Source: an uncultured virus (IMG/VR IMGVR_UViG_2758568038_000001)
Taxonomy: Duplodnaviria > Heunggongvirae > Uroviricota > Caudoviricetes
Strand: one strand, 5' to 3'
IMG/VR virus record: IMGVR_UViG_2758568038_000001
Length of the DNA: 64,000 nucleotides
A model generated the notes under the pieces. The model ran no database searches and was not told where the DNA came from. It saw only the letters and a program-made list of their open reading frames with translations. This document shows, piece after piece, positions 26,900-35,312 of this stretch. Position 1 is the stretch's first letter, and the number at the start of each line of letters is the position of its first letter. Position numbers and translations under genes: made by a program.

Positions 26900-29043
26900 C
26901 GGAGTCCTTTGGTTGGTTGGGTGGTCTGGGGTTTCTGTGCGGCCATGGCGGCCTCGCGGGATGCTTCTGCGCGCTTGTCCAGGCGCTCCTGGGCCTGCTG
27001 TTGGGCCTGGAGGGACAGCTTGTCGTTGTGCTGCTGGCGCTGCAGGCCGAGCTTCTGGTAGTCCAGCACGCGGCGGTGCTCGAACTCGCGCTCGGCCAGG
27101 TCGGCCTCGTGCTGGGCCTTGGCCGCCTCCAGCTCAGGATTGCCGGCGTCTGGGGCATCCGGCGGCGTGTTGGCCAGGACCTGGGCTTTGACGATCGTCT
27201 CCTGGGTCTTGGCGCCCTTGAGCTGGGCATCGGCGTGCTTCTGGGCGGCTTCGCCTTCGGCCTTGCCGACTTCGGCTTCCTGGGCGCGGCGCTGCAGCTC
27301 GGCTGCGGCCTGGGCTTCGGGGCTCTCCTGGTCGCCCTGCATCTGCTTGATGATGTCTTTCTTGTTCATCAGGCGGCTGGAGTCGATCAGCACGCTGTCG
27401 GGGATCATCACGCCCATCTCGCGCAGGGCCATGGCCTGCTCGAACTGGCTGTCTTCCAGAGTCTCGCGGCGCGGCACGGAGCTGACCACGACGTCGTATT
27501 CGCCCAGGGTCAAGTCGTTGACGATCTGGCCTTCAGGGGAGACCTCGTTCACGGCGAAGGTCTCGGTCTCGCCCGTGGCCTCGTCGTGGGTGATCGTCAT
27601 GATGCGCTCTTCGGTATAGAACTGCTGCACCAGATCGAGGATGTTGCGTGCCAGGATGTGGTCGGTGCGCGACAGGCTGTCCATCGGCTTGGCCAGGTTC
27701 GTTGCGCCGGCTTGGCGCTTGGCCTGGATGGCCTTGGCGGCCACGTCCTCGCGGTCGAAGCCCTGGGCAGAGTCCGATACGCCGGAGATCGTCTTGATGT
27801 GCTCTTCGGCCTTGTAGGTGATGCGGTCCAGGCCGGTGGGCACCTGGTTGGGCTGGATCTTCTCGATGTCGTTGACGTCGTTGACCTCGACCACCAGCCC
27901 GGTCTGGGCGCCCTTCTCCTCCAGCTCTTCCACGGTCATGTTCGTGAGCGAGCCGGTCTTGACCTTCCAGCCGCTGTTGGCCGTGGTGTTGATGACGTGC
28001 AGCTCCTGACTGGAGACCTTGTTCAGCAGCTCCTGGGGGCCCAGCAGGTTCTCGACCAAGCCGATCGTTGTACCGCGGCGGAAGTAGGGGAAGAACGGCA
28101 CCACCGTGAAGTGCTTGTAGGGGCTCCAGTCGTCGTGCAGGCGCACGTTGTCGGCAATGACCGTCCAACGGATGCGGCGCACGAGCTTGGTCGTGACCTG
28201 CAGCCCGTACTGGCTCGTCATCAGGGCGATCTTGTTGCGGTCGAAGTCGTCTGGGATGGGGCGCATGTCGCCCGTGGCGGGGTCGACGAAGTGCTTCTGG
28301 CGGTCCAGCAGGCGGTACTGGCGCTCGATCAGGCGGATGTTGCGCATCACCGAGCTGTTGTCGTAGTCGCCCGTGTACATCGGGTTGAACCGGTCGCCGA
28401 ACCGGTCGCGGAAGGCCTGGATGCTGTCGTAGCCGTAGGGAAAGAAGCTCTGCTCGCGGTTGCGCAGGTATTCGGCGTCATCCTTGTTGTAGAGCACCGC
28501 GATGTCGTCGGCGGTGACCCACTTGGTCGTGAACACCTCGCTCCAGCTGTCCGGGTCGTACTCTTCGCCGTCCGGGTCGATGATGACGTTCTTGGGGTTC
28601 AGGTTGTCGACGACCACCTCACCCTGCATGCTGTCGCCGTAGCCGATGCGCACGTCCAGGAAGCCCCGGGAGGTGATGGCGCCGTCGGCGAACATGTCAC
28701 TGCGTTTCCAGTCGAGCTGGTTGTTGTCGCTGATCTGCTTGAAGACCTTGGTGAGGATGTCGGCGACCTCGCTGGGGGCCCCGGAGCGCGGCCGAAAGCT
28801 CGTTTCGGCCCGGTTGAAGATCTGCTCGCCCAGCACGTTGCTGATCGTGGAGAGGATCTTGTTGATCGTCAGTGCCGGGCGGCGCACGGCCTCCAGGCGG
28901 GCCTTGTCGGCGCGGTCCCACTGGTCGCCCCGGAAGAAGGCATCGCACTTTTCGGCCTTCTGGACGAACTGGGCGTGGCCGTTGTCCCTGCACCAACAAA
29001 ACCGCGTCCATTGCTTCGTAGCCAGTTGCGTGTCAATCGGCAT
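26896..29043 (-). CDS. portal protein (P22/N4-like), 715 aa
   Basis: FFRGDQW...RPALTINKI, VPFFPYF, QELLNK motifs; downstream of terL. Confidence 0.9.
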   Translation of the reverse strand: MPIDTQLATKQWTRFCWCRDNGHAQFVQKAEKCDAFFRGDQWDRADKARLEAVRRPALTINKILSTISNVLGEQIFNRAETSFRPRSGAPSEVADILTKVFKQISDNNQLDWKRSDMFADGAITSRGFLDVRIGYGDSMQGEVVVDNLNPKNVIIDPDGEEYDPDSWSEVFTTKWVTADDIAVLYNKDDAEYLRNREQSFFPYGYDSIQAFRDRFGDRFNPMYTGDYDNSSVMRNIRLIERQYRLLDRQKHFVDPATGDMRPIPDDFDRNKIALMTSQYGLQVTTKLVRRIRWTVIADNVRLHDDWSPYKHFTVVPFFPYFRRGTTIGLVENLLGPQELLNKVSSQELHVINTTANSGWKVKTGSLTNMTVEELEEKGAQTGLVVEVNDVNDIEKIQPNQVPTGLDRITYKAEEHIKTISGVSDSAQGFDREDVAAKAIQAKRQAGATNLAKPMDSLSRTDHILARNILDLVQQFYTEERIMTITHDEATGETETFAVNEVSPEGQIVNDLTLGEYDVVVSSVPRRETLEDSQFEQAMALREMGVMIPDSVLIDSSRLMNKKDIIKQMQGDQESPEAQAAAELQRRAQEAEVGKAEGEAAQKHADAQLKGAKTQETIVKAQVLANTPPDAPDAGNPELEAAKAQHEADLAEREFEHRRVLDYQKLGLQRQQHNDKLSLQAQQQAQERLDKRAEASREAAMAAQKPQTTQPTKGLR

Positions 29044-29146
29044 GGCGAGCCTCCTCGAACTTGTTGCGCTTCTGGGCGGCGATCTCCTCTTTGAGGCGGG
29101 AGCGGCGCTCCCGGTCGTAGGCGGCCTTCTTTTCTTTAGGTGTCAT
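29033..29146 (-). CDS. small charged protein, 37 aa (MTPKEKKAAYDRERRSRLKEEIAAQKRNKFEEARHAD)
   Basis: Translated by hand; overlaps portal start. Confidence 0.4.
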   Translation of the reverse strand: MTPKEKKAAYDRERRSRLKEEIAAQKRNKFEEARHAD

Positions 29147-29221
29147 GGTGGCGGACCCGCTCGCGCGAGTGGTCCGCCGTGCCGATCAGGCCGGTTTCGT
29201 GTGTTTGTGGGGAGGGCGCGC

Positions 29222-29575
29222 TCATTTCAGGTATCTCAGCTTGTACAAGGTCTGCGCCGTCAAGGCCTGCAGCTCGTCCAGGATGTTGGCCAGGGCCTGG
29301 TTCTTGCCGTCCTCGGCCAACTCGGCCGCGATCTTGTCGAGGTATGCAGTCAGGCTGGAGATCAGGTTGCCCGAGGGCAGGCTGGTGGCAGGGAACGACT
29401 TGATCCGGCTCTCGGTGCCCATGTAGACCTCGGCGTACTGGTCAATCAGCGGCAGGAGGGCGCTGTAGAAGTCGCCGAGGGCGACGTGCTGAGCGTAGGA
29501 TTCGGTCGAGAGGTGGGCCAGGTGGGCTGCGGTGCGCAGCGCCATGCTGTCGGCGACGAACTGGGGGCAGCTCAT
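29222..29575 (-). CDS. ferritin/Dps-like four-helix protein, 117 aa
   Basis: AHLAHL...SYAQHVALGDFY...IDQYAEVYMG...NILDE...LYKL pattern. Confidence 0.7.
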   Translation of the reverse strand: MSCPQFVADSMALRTAAHLAHLSTESYAQHVALGDFYSALLPLIDQYAEVYMGTESRIKSFPATSLPSGNLISSLTAYLDKIAAELAEDGKNQALANILDELQALTAQTLYKLRYLK

Positions 29576-29579
29576 AGGT

Positions 29580-32201
29580 TCACGCCGACATGTGACTGAC
29601 CACCCCGCCGGCCACGCTGAGTTTCTTGCGCCATGATTCTGGTTCCTTCGTCTTCGGCCTGCGTGGAGGCTCCTTGTTGACCGCCATCGTCGCCATCCAA
29701 GCCAGCGCGTCGACCTGATCGTCGTGCACACCGGCCGGGAAGCGCAGCATCTCTGCCCGTGCGCCTTCATACCATTCGGCGCTGTCGGAAAAACTCACCA
29801 TCCCTTGCTGCATGCGCCCTTGGAGCGGTCGCGCCCGGGCCATCTTATCGGTGATGGGTTTCAGCAGCACGGACGAGGGGTAGAACCTGCGCTCCCGCAT
29901 GCGCTTTTTGAGGAGCGTCTCGATGGCGCGGAAAATCTGCCCGTCCTCGAACCCAAGCTGTAGGTGCGGACTATACCATTTCTGACAAAGATTCAAGATC
30001 GACTCGACGATGAACATGCCGTCACCGCTCTTGAACCGCACCATGTCCACCACATGGAGGACGTCGTCATAGTCCTGCAGCCCGACGACCCCGACGGTGT
30101 AGTCGTTCTGCTTCTTTTCGCTGATGGCGAAGTCGAATGCGACGAAGATATTCGAGTTGCGCAGCTGCGGCGGCTGCCCACGGCGGAAGTTCTCCTTCGT
30201 GAAGTACGCCCCGTCGTCTGGCACCGGGTTCTGCTGGTACAGAGCCGCCCAGAACCGCGCGGGGATGGTCTTCTTGATGCGGTTGAGCTTGACCAGGTCG
30301 TAGCGCTCGGGGTGCAGGGGCTCGCCCTTGGCGCGCAGCGGGCGAAACTTCTCCCCGGACTCCGTCGAGGCGTAGACTCCGTCCGCGCCCGGGACCAGGC
30401 TGGGTACGTCGTACTCGATCAGGTCGGTGGAGAGGCTGAGGTACTCATCGGCCTCGGCCACCGCCGGATACTTGACCAGCTCGAACTGATCGGCCTCGTC
30501 GTCCGTGGCCATGGCCGTCTGCAGGCGCCCGGCCAAGTCGTCGTCGTGCCACCAAGTGTTGTGGCTCACCAGGCCGTTGGCGATGAAGTTCTCGGTCCGG
30601 TCGATCTGGACGTCGAACACCTCCTCCTCACCGGCCAGCTCCACGCTGCGGACGCCGTCCAGCATGAAGTCGGAGGTACTCGGCCAGTGCGAGGGCGACG
30701 CGCTCGGTACCGGCGTGCCCTGCGGCGGCGTTGCAGTCGTTGCACAGCAGCCCACGGACTTTACCGGTGTCGTGGTCGTGGTCGACACAGAGTTTCCCGC
30801 GCCAGTGCCCGGGCGTCCGGTCGTCTTCGAGGTCGCCGCAGACAGCGCATCTGCCGCCCTGCGCAGCCAGGAGTTCAGCATGCGCTTCAGGCGTGAGGCC
30901 GTACCGGTGCTTGAGGTGCCGCTCTCGCTGGGACACTGGGTTGACGGACGGCGGGCGGTGCCCATCAGCCCATTTTTTCTTCCCGTAGTGGGAAGCGCAG
31001 AGGCCGCGGCATTTGGCGGGGAGTTCGCACCCGTCTGCAGCGCAGGTCTTGCCAGTCCACTTCCCCCGCTGTCCAGACAGGCCACGATTGTGTGGTCCGT
31101 AGTCAGGTGCTTCGTCCTTACCCATTTGAGCCCTCCGTCGGTGGAAACGAGGAACGGGTGCCGGCCGTTCGCCCGCACCATCTTACCGGAGTTCATCGTG
31201 ATTTTGTAGACTAAATCACGACCATTGCTCTTCCAGGCCGCGACTGTGGAGACACCGAGGCGCCCGTCGTCATAGGTCGCAACTTCGTCCCCCGCACGCA
31301 GCGCATCGAGGCGTTTTTCGGTGCCATCGGGCAGCCTCACGGGTGTGTCGCCCGTCATGCACTGGATCACCAGCACACCGCCGCCGGGGGCCAGCCGGGT
31401 GTAGGCCGTGGAGCCGTACCAATCCCACAACTTCTCGCGCACGTCGGCGCTGTCGGCCTCCTCGGCGTTCTTGATAGGGTCGTCGATGACCAGGACGTGT
31501 GCGCCCTTGCCGGTGATACCGCCGCCCACGCCGGCTGCGACGTAGCCGCCGCGCCCGTTGGCCAGGCCCCACTCCTCGTTGGAGCGGAATTCAGGGTTCA
31601 GCCGGGCCTCGAACACGCTCTGGTAGGACGGGTCGTCCATGGCTTCCTTGACCTTGCGGCTGAAGGACATGGCGAGCGACACGTTGTATGCGCAGGCGAT
31701 CACCTCGTGGTCCATGTGCCGGCCCAGGTGCCAGGCGGGGAACATCCGGGAGGCCAGCTCGCTCTTGCCGTGCCGCGGCGGCATCAGGATCATCAGCCGG
31801 GGGCTCAGGCCCTTGGCCACGTCGTCGCTGAACTTCTCCAGGCGTCGACAGATGTCCTTGTGGACCCAGCCAGCATCGTAGCGCGGGTTCAGGCGCTGCA
31901 CGAACGGCAGCAGCCGGCGCTTGGCCAGCACCCGGGCGGCGATCTCGACCTGCGCCGCCTGGTGGGCGGTGAGGGCTGGGGCTGGGCTAGAGGTAGGCGC
32001 GGCCGGCGGTGATACAGGCGTGGGCGAAGGCAGCGCGGTGGCACTCGAGCGCGGAGCAGCTTTGCGCTTCGTGGCGGTCGAAGGTTTCGCGGAACGCGTC
32101 TTTGAAGGCTTGGCTGTAGGGGGCGGTGAGGACGTTGTTGCGGCTCGTTTTGGCCGGTTCGCCGACGAGGCGCGCGGCGAGGTCTTCGTAGTCAAGGCCA
32201 T
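29580..32201 (-). CDS. terL: terminase large subunit with intein, 873-aa precursor
   Basis: Walker A MPPRHGKS, Walker B VIDDP, ALYQQNP, nuclease DFA...DYT and HDDQVDA. Confidence 0.95.
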   Translation of the reverse strand: MALTTKTSPRASSANRPKRAATTSSPPPTAKPSKTRSAKPSTATKRKAAPRSSATALPSPTPVSPPAAPTSSPAPALTAHQAAQVEIAARVLAKRRLLPFVQRLNPRYDAGWVHKDICRRLEKFSDDVAKGLSPRLMILMPPRHGKSELASRMFPAWHLGRHMDHEVIACAYNVSLAMSFSRKVKEAMDDPSYQSVFEARLNPEFRSNEEWGLANGRGGYVAAGVGGGITGKGAHVLVIDDPIKNAEEADSADVREKLWDWYGSTAYTRLAPGGGVLVIQCMTGDTPVRLPDGTEKRLDALRAGDEVATYDDGRLGVSTVAAWKSNGRDLVYKITMNSGKMVRANGRHPFLVSTDGGLKWVRTKHLTTDHTIVACLDSGGSGLARPALQTGANSPPNAAASALPTTGRKNGLMGTARRPSTQCPSESGTSSTGTASRLKRMLNSWLRRAADALSAATSKTTGRPGTGAGNSVSTTTTTPVKSVGCCATTATPPQGTPVPSASPSHWPSTSDFMLDGVRSVELAGEEEVFDVQIDRTENFIANGLVSHNTWWHDDDLAGRLQTAMATDDEADQFELVKYPAVAEADEYLSLSTDLIEYDVPSLVPGADGVYASTESGEKFRPLRAKGEPLHPERYDLVKLNRIKKTIPARFWAALYQQNPVPDDGAYFTKENFRRGQPPQLRNSNIFVAFDFAISEKKQNDYTVGVVGLQDYDDVLHVVDMVRFKSGDGMFIVESILNLCQKWYSPHLQLGFEDGQIFRAIETLLKKRMRERRFYPSSVLLKPITDKMARARPLQGRMQQGMVSFSDSAEWYEGARAEMLRFPAGVHDDQVDALAWMATMAVNKEPPRRPKTKEPESWRKKLSVAGGVVSHMSA
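30558..31361 (-). mobile_element. intein in TerL, 268 aa (residues 281-548), no in-frame endonuclease
   Basis: Starts CMTGDTPV, block B ANGRHPF, ends VFDVQIDRTENFIANGLVSHN followed by Thr; removal restores IQ-TWWHDDD. Confidence 0.93.
30628..31125 (-). CDS. Endonuclease VII-family nuclease nested out of frame in the TerL intein, 165 aa
   Basis: RYGLT...QGGRCAVC...CVDHDHDTGKVRGLLCNDCN; GGAGG 6 nt before ATG. Confidence 0.88.
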   Translation of the reverse strand: MGKDEAPDYGPHNRGLSGQRGKWTGKTCAADGCELPAKCRGLCASHYGKKKWADGHRPPSVNPVSQRERHLKHRYGLTPEAHAELLAAQGGRCAVCGDLEDDRTPGHWRGKLCVDHDHDTGKVRGLLCNDCNAAAGHAGTERVALALAEYLRLHAGRRPQRGAGR

Positions 32202-32217
32202 CTGATCCTCGAATCAT
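31987..32217 (-). CDS. possible 76-aa protein overlapping the low-complexity TerL N-terminus
   Basis: AAGGA RBS; MIRGSDGLDYEDLAARLVGE... is more protein-like than the TerL frame here. Confidence 0.45.
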   Translation of the reverse strand: MIRGSDGLDYEDLAARLVGEPAKTSRNNVLTAPYSQAFKDAFRETFDRHEAQSCSALECHRAAFAHACITAGRAYL

Positions 32218-32255
32218 GTGATCCTTTCCAGCGTGGCGCCTTCGTGCAGGGTGGT

Positions 32256-32654
32256 TTAGGGGCTTGCGGGCTCTTCGGCGGCCACACGAACGTCCAGCAG
32301 GCGTTTGGCGTCGGCCAGCTCGTCGCCGCTCAGGTCGGGCGGCACCATGCCGACGTGGGTCAGGTCCTCGGTGTGGGTGCCGTAGTCCCGGGTCACGTTG
32401 GCGTTGTTCACGGCGCAGACGCGGTCCATGAGCTGCCGGGTGCGCTGGGCCTGGGCCACGGCGCCGGGGCGGTTGGCCTCGGAGACAGCCTCGGTGGCCA
32501 GGAACGGGTCTACAAGGGCCGACAGGCCCGGGGAGTAGGGTGTGGCAGGGGCTGGGCGCTGGATGCGCTGCCAACGGGCCCAGATACGGCCAAACAGGCC
32601 TTGGTGGGGCTCAGGGTTCTTGGGGGTCATACCCGAGGGCTGATTGGGGGTCAT
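32256..32654 (-). CDS. hypothetical protein, 132 aa
   Basis: ORF between terS and terL, AAGGAG upstream. Confidence 0.65.
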   Translation of the reverse strand: MTPNQPSGMTPKNPEPHQGLFGRIWARWQRIQRPAPATPYSPGLSALVDPFLATEAVSEANRPGAVAQAQRTRQLMDRVCAVNNANVTRDYGTHTEDLTHVGMVPPDLSGDELADAKRLLDVRVAAEEPASP

Positions 32655-33216
32655 TCATGGCTCCTTGCTCGATGATCTTCAGCAATTCGTCGTCAGACAA
32701 ACGACTCATGCGGTCAATGCTGACCTGGCCGTTCACGGTCACGTTCACCTGGGTCTTGACCGGCTCGTAGTAGCCGCACATCTTGCCCACCTCGCGCGCA
32801 GCGGACACCATCGACGCCGGTTCGGACATGAGCTTGGCCATGTCGTAGGCGTCGACCAGCATGTCCATCACGCGCTTGCGGGTCATCTGGCTCGCCTCCT
32901 CGTAGAGGCGCTTTTCTTCGTTGTACAGGGCCAGGATGTTGGGCATCTTGGCCATACGGTAGCCGTAGGAGGGCTGGTCGTTGTACCCAGCGCGGGCCAT
33001 TGCGTTCGGGATGCTGTCGCCCGCGGCCCAGTGCTTGACGAACTCACGTTGCTGGGTGGTGAGGGGCTTGTCTGCCGGGACCAGGGCGGCGGCGGCCATG
33101 GTCGTGGTCTCTGGGTACTTGGCCCGCACGGCGACCTTGCGCCCGGTATCTTGGTCCTTGGCGCGGGGGCGCGTGGCTTTCACGGGCTTGGTCTTTGGTG
33201 CGGTGGCTTTTGGCAT
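32611..33216 (-). CDS. terS: terminase small subunit, 201 aa
   Basis: LTTQQREFV...AMARAGY HTH, AAREVGKMCGYY, LSDDEL; upstream of terL. Confidence 0.85.
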   Translation of the reverse strand: MPKATAPKTKPVKATRPRAKDQDTGRKVAVRAKYPETTTMAAAALVPADKPLTTQQREFVKHWAAGDSIPNAMARAGYNDQPSYGYRMAKMPNILALYNEEKRLYEEASQMTRKRVMDMLVDAYDMAKLMSEPASMVSAAREVGKMCGYYEPVKTQVNVTVNGQVSIDRMSRLSDDELLKIIEQGAMNDPQSALGYDPQEP

Positions 33217-33476
33217 CGTCGTCGATTGTAGATGAAAGATTACGTGCTATAGAAACGATAGCAAGAATCTGGGTGCGGGGTTTTTTTGGAAAATTTTTGT
33301 TGCGGGCGGCTGCGTGAGGCTCTCCCCTACCCCGCGCCGATCCGCTACCCCACTTCGGATTCGGCTTCCAGCTCCGGGATAGGGGACCCTAAGCCCGAAT
33401 ACCACGACCAGCAAGCTGGTCGTCTGTGTGCGTTGTTTGAGCGATCTTGCTCTTTCATCTTCATTGGAGTTCCACC

Positions 33477-33728
33477 ATGTCCGCTTCCACCACCTTCGGC
33501 CGTTCCATTGGCGCAGCTATCGGCAAGAGCGCCGCTTACACGGCACATGCCGCCATCCGCACCGCGCAGGGCACAGGCCGCTTCGGCCAGGACGTCCTCG
33601 CCGGTACCACCGAGGGCTACACCTCGAAGGCCAGCGAACTGGCCGAGCGTCGGCTGGCCCTGGCTGCGCAGCGCCAAGCGCCCGTGGCGATCACCGTCAC
33701 CAAGTCCAAGCGCCGCGTCACTGCGTAA
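33477..33728 (+). CDS. early hypothetical protein, 83 aa
   Basis: GGAG RBS, ATG at 33477. Confidence 0.7.
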   Translation: MSASTTFGRSIGAAIGKSAAYTAHAAIRTAQGTGRFGQDVLAGTTEGYTSKASELAERRLALAAQRQAPVAITVTKSKRRVTA

Positions 33729-33817
33729 CGCAGTGTTGAGCCCCTCGGGGCTCAACACAAACCCCGAAGAGCATGGGCCCATGGGGCTCACCGAAATCGT
33801 TTATCTAGGAGAGATTC

Positions 33818-34072
33818 ATGGCCAAGTCCAAAGCACTCATCGCCGCCGAGGCACAGATCGCCGCGCTCAATGCACGGCTGGACACCGCACGCACTGTGTA
33901 TGTCAACCAGAAGGCGCGCATCGCCGAGCTCGAGGCCGCGCTCAACACGCGCGGGGCCAAGCCTGCCGCGACACCCACCGTGTCGCGCTACACCGACCGC
34001 GCAGGGCGCGTGTGGGAGAAGACGCGCGTGGGCAGCCACGCAACGTCGCGCCTCGTTGAGGCCGCGCACTGA
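33818..34072 (+). CDS. early hypothetical coiled-coil protein, 84 aa
   Basis: AGGAG RBS. Confidence 0.75.
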   Translation: MAKSKALIAAEAQIAALNARLDTARTVYVNQKARIAELEAALNTRGAKPAATPTVSRYTDRAGRVWEKTRVGSHATSRLVEAAH

Positions 34073-34184
34073 AAACGCACGCGGGGCTTAGGCCTCGCGC
34101 TATTGATTTAGTAGCTGCGCACTTCGTGCGCGGCGCAAACCCGCATGGGGCTTAGCTCTCATGCTACTTAAATAGGAGCATCCA

Positions 34185-34496
34185 ATGATCGATGCAGTGA
34201 TTTTGTTCGGAGCGATGAATGTGCTGTTCGAGTTCATTCTGTTGTCGATGGTCCCGCCGAAACATCGGCTTCGGTTGCTCGGCAATCGTAATAGTCAGGC
34301 ACTATTGCACTTCGCTACCCTATTAATAAACCTCATGATTCACTGGGGGACGTTGATTGGAACGATGAGCGGAATCTTCTCGTTCATCTGCTCGATCGGC
34401 ACTGTCGCGGTCGCGCGATTGGTGTTTGGCTACATCGAGCACGGTCGTTACTACAAGGTCGGACTCGTGAAGTACCACAAGGAGGAATTGGTATGA
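34185..34496 (+). CDS. multi-pass membrane protein, 103 aa
   Basis: AGGAG RBS; several hydrophobic segments. Confidence 0.75.
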   Translation: MIDAVILFGAMNVLFEFILLSMVPPKHRLRLLGNRNSQALLHFATLLINLMIHWGTLIGTMSGIFSFICSIGTVAVARLVFGYIEHGRYYKVGLVKYHKEELV

Positions 34497-34663
34497 ACGA
34501 CTTCGCACCCATCACGCCCGAGTCAGTCGCGGCGATCCGCGCATTCCTCGAAGCAGCGGAAAAGATCGATGCGCTCGCAGTGCATCTGCCGGCGCATCGA
34601 GTTGATCAGATCAGAGCGATCAGACACGCGCTGTTTGACGCAGTGTTCGGAGTCGAGCAATGA
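34493..34663 (+). CDS. hypothetical protein, 56 aa (MNDFAPITPESVAAIRAFLE...)
   Basis: Translated by hand; AGGAGG RBS, ATGA coupling. Confidence 0.6.
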   Translation: MNDFAPITPESVAAIRAFLEAAEKIDALAVHLPAHRVDQIRAIRHALFDAVFGVEQ

Positions 34664-34821
34664 CACCACGCACCCGCTCCTATCCGTACCCAGTGCAAAG
34701 CCCAAGCGCGCACTGGTTCGTCACCGCACTGCGCCGCATCTGGCGCTGGTGTTGAAGACAACGAGCAGCAAGCTGCTCGTCTGTTTGCGTTGTTTGGGCG
34801 ATGTTGCCCTTTGGAGGATCT

Positions 34822-35025
34822 ATGAACAACGAATGCCGCGCATGCGGCGCTTGGAGCCTGCGCGCGTACTGCCAACCGTGTGTCGATGAAGACACCGCGC
34901 AGACGGACGCATGGGAGCGTCGCTACGTCGAACGCTGCGACCGCGAGTTCGACGACGGCGCTTACGAGCGCAGTCAGCAGCGCAAAGAACAGCGCTACTT
35001 GGAGAACGACGCTAACTGGCCCTAG
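34822..35025 (+). CDS. small CxxC...CxxC protein, 67 aa
   Basis: GGAGG RBS; CRAC and CQPC. Confidence 0.6.
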   Translation: MNNECRACGAWSLRAYCQPCVDEDTAQTDAWERRYVERCDREFDDGAYERSQQRKEQRYLENDANWP

Positions 35026-35312
35026 TGCTCAGCGATCTGGACATGTCCAGATCAGTGCGCACTCGCACTGCAACAACAGGAAACAAACCATGGCCACCAT
35101 CAAAGTCACCATCCGCCAGAAACGCATCGTCTATGACGACAGCATCTCGCTCACCTCGTTCGATGGCGAGACACGCGACCTCGTCGATGACGAGTCCGAC
35201 CCCCTGATGGCCACCCAAATTCCCCCGTCTATGGCCACCTCAAACTCCCCCACCTGAACTGATCGGGGATAGGGGTTTAACGCCGGCGTCGTCGGCACCT
35301 GTTGGCAGGACA

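Noticed and set aside
632..29094. Very long plus-strand ORFs opposite structural genes (632-3430, 3464-6019, 6269-9703, 26761-29094 and others)
   Set aside because: Antisense shadows expected from high-GC codon bias; no motifs or RBS, unlike the same-strand nested ORFs reported.
30558..31361. Nested nuclease regions as group I introns or a simple frameshift error
   Set aside because: Host frames are continuous with complete intein N- and C-terminal motifs. An error explanation needs two compensating indels in each of two inteins, and the Endo VII ORF has its own RBS and stop.
33217..33476. Divergent intergenic region as genome terminus or pac site
   Set aside because: Plausible by position, but nothing in the sequence alone supports it; read-end mapping is needed.
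34078..34175. Possible tRNA
   Set aside because: No cloverleaf, no T-loop GTTCRA consensus and no CCA end.
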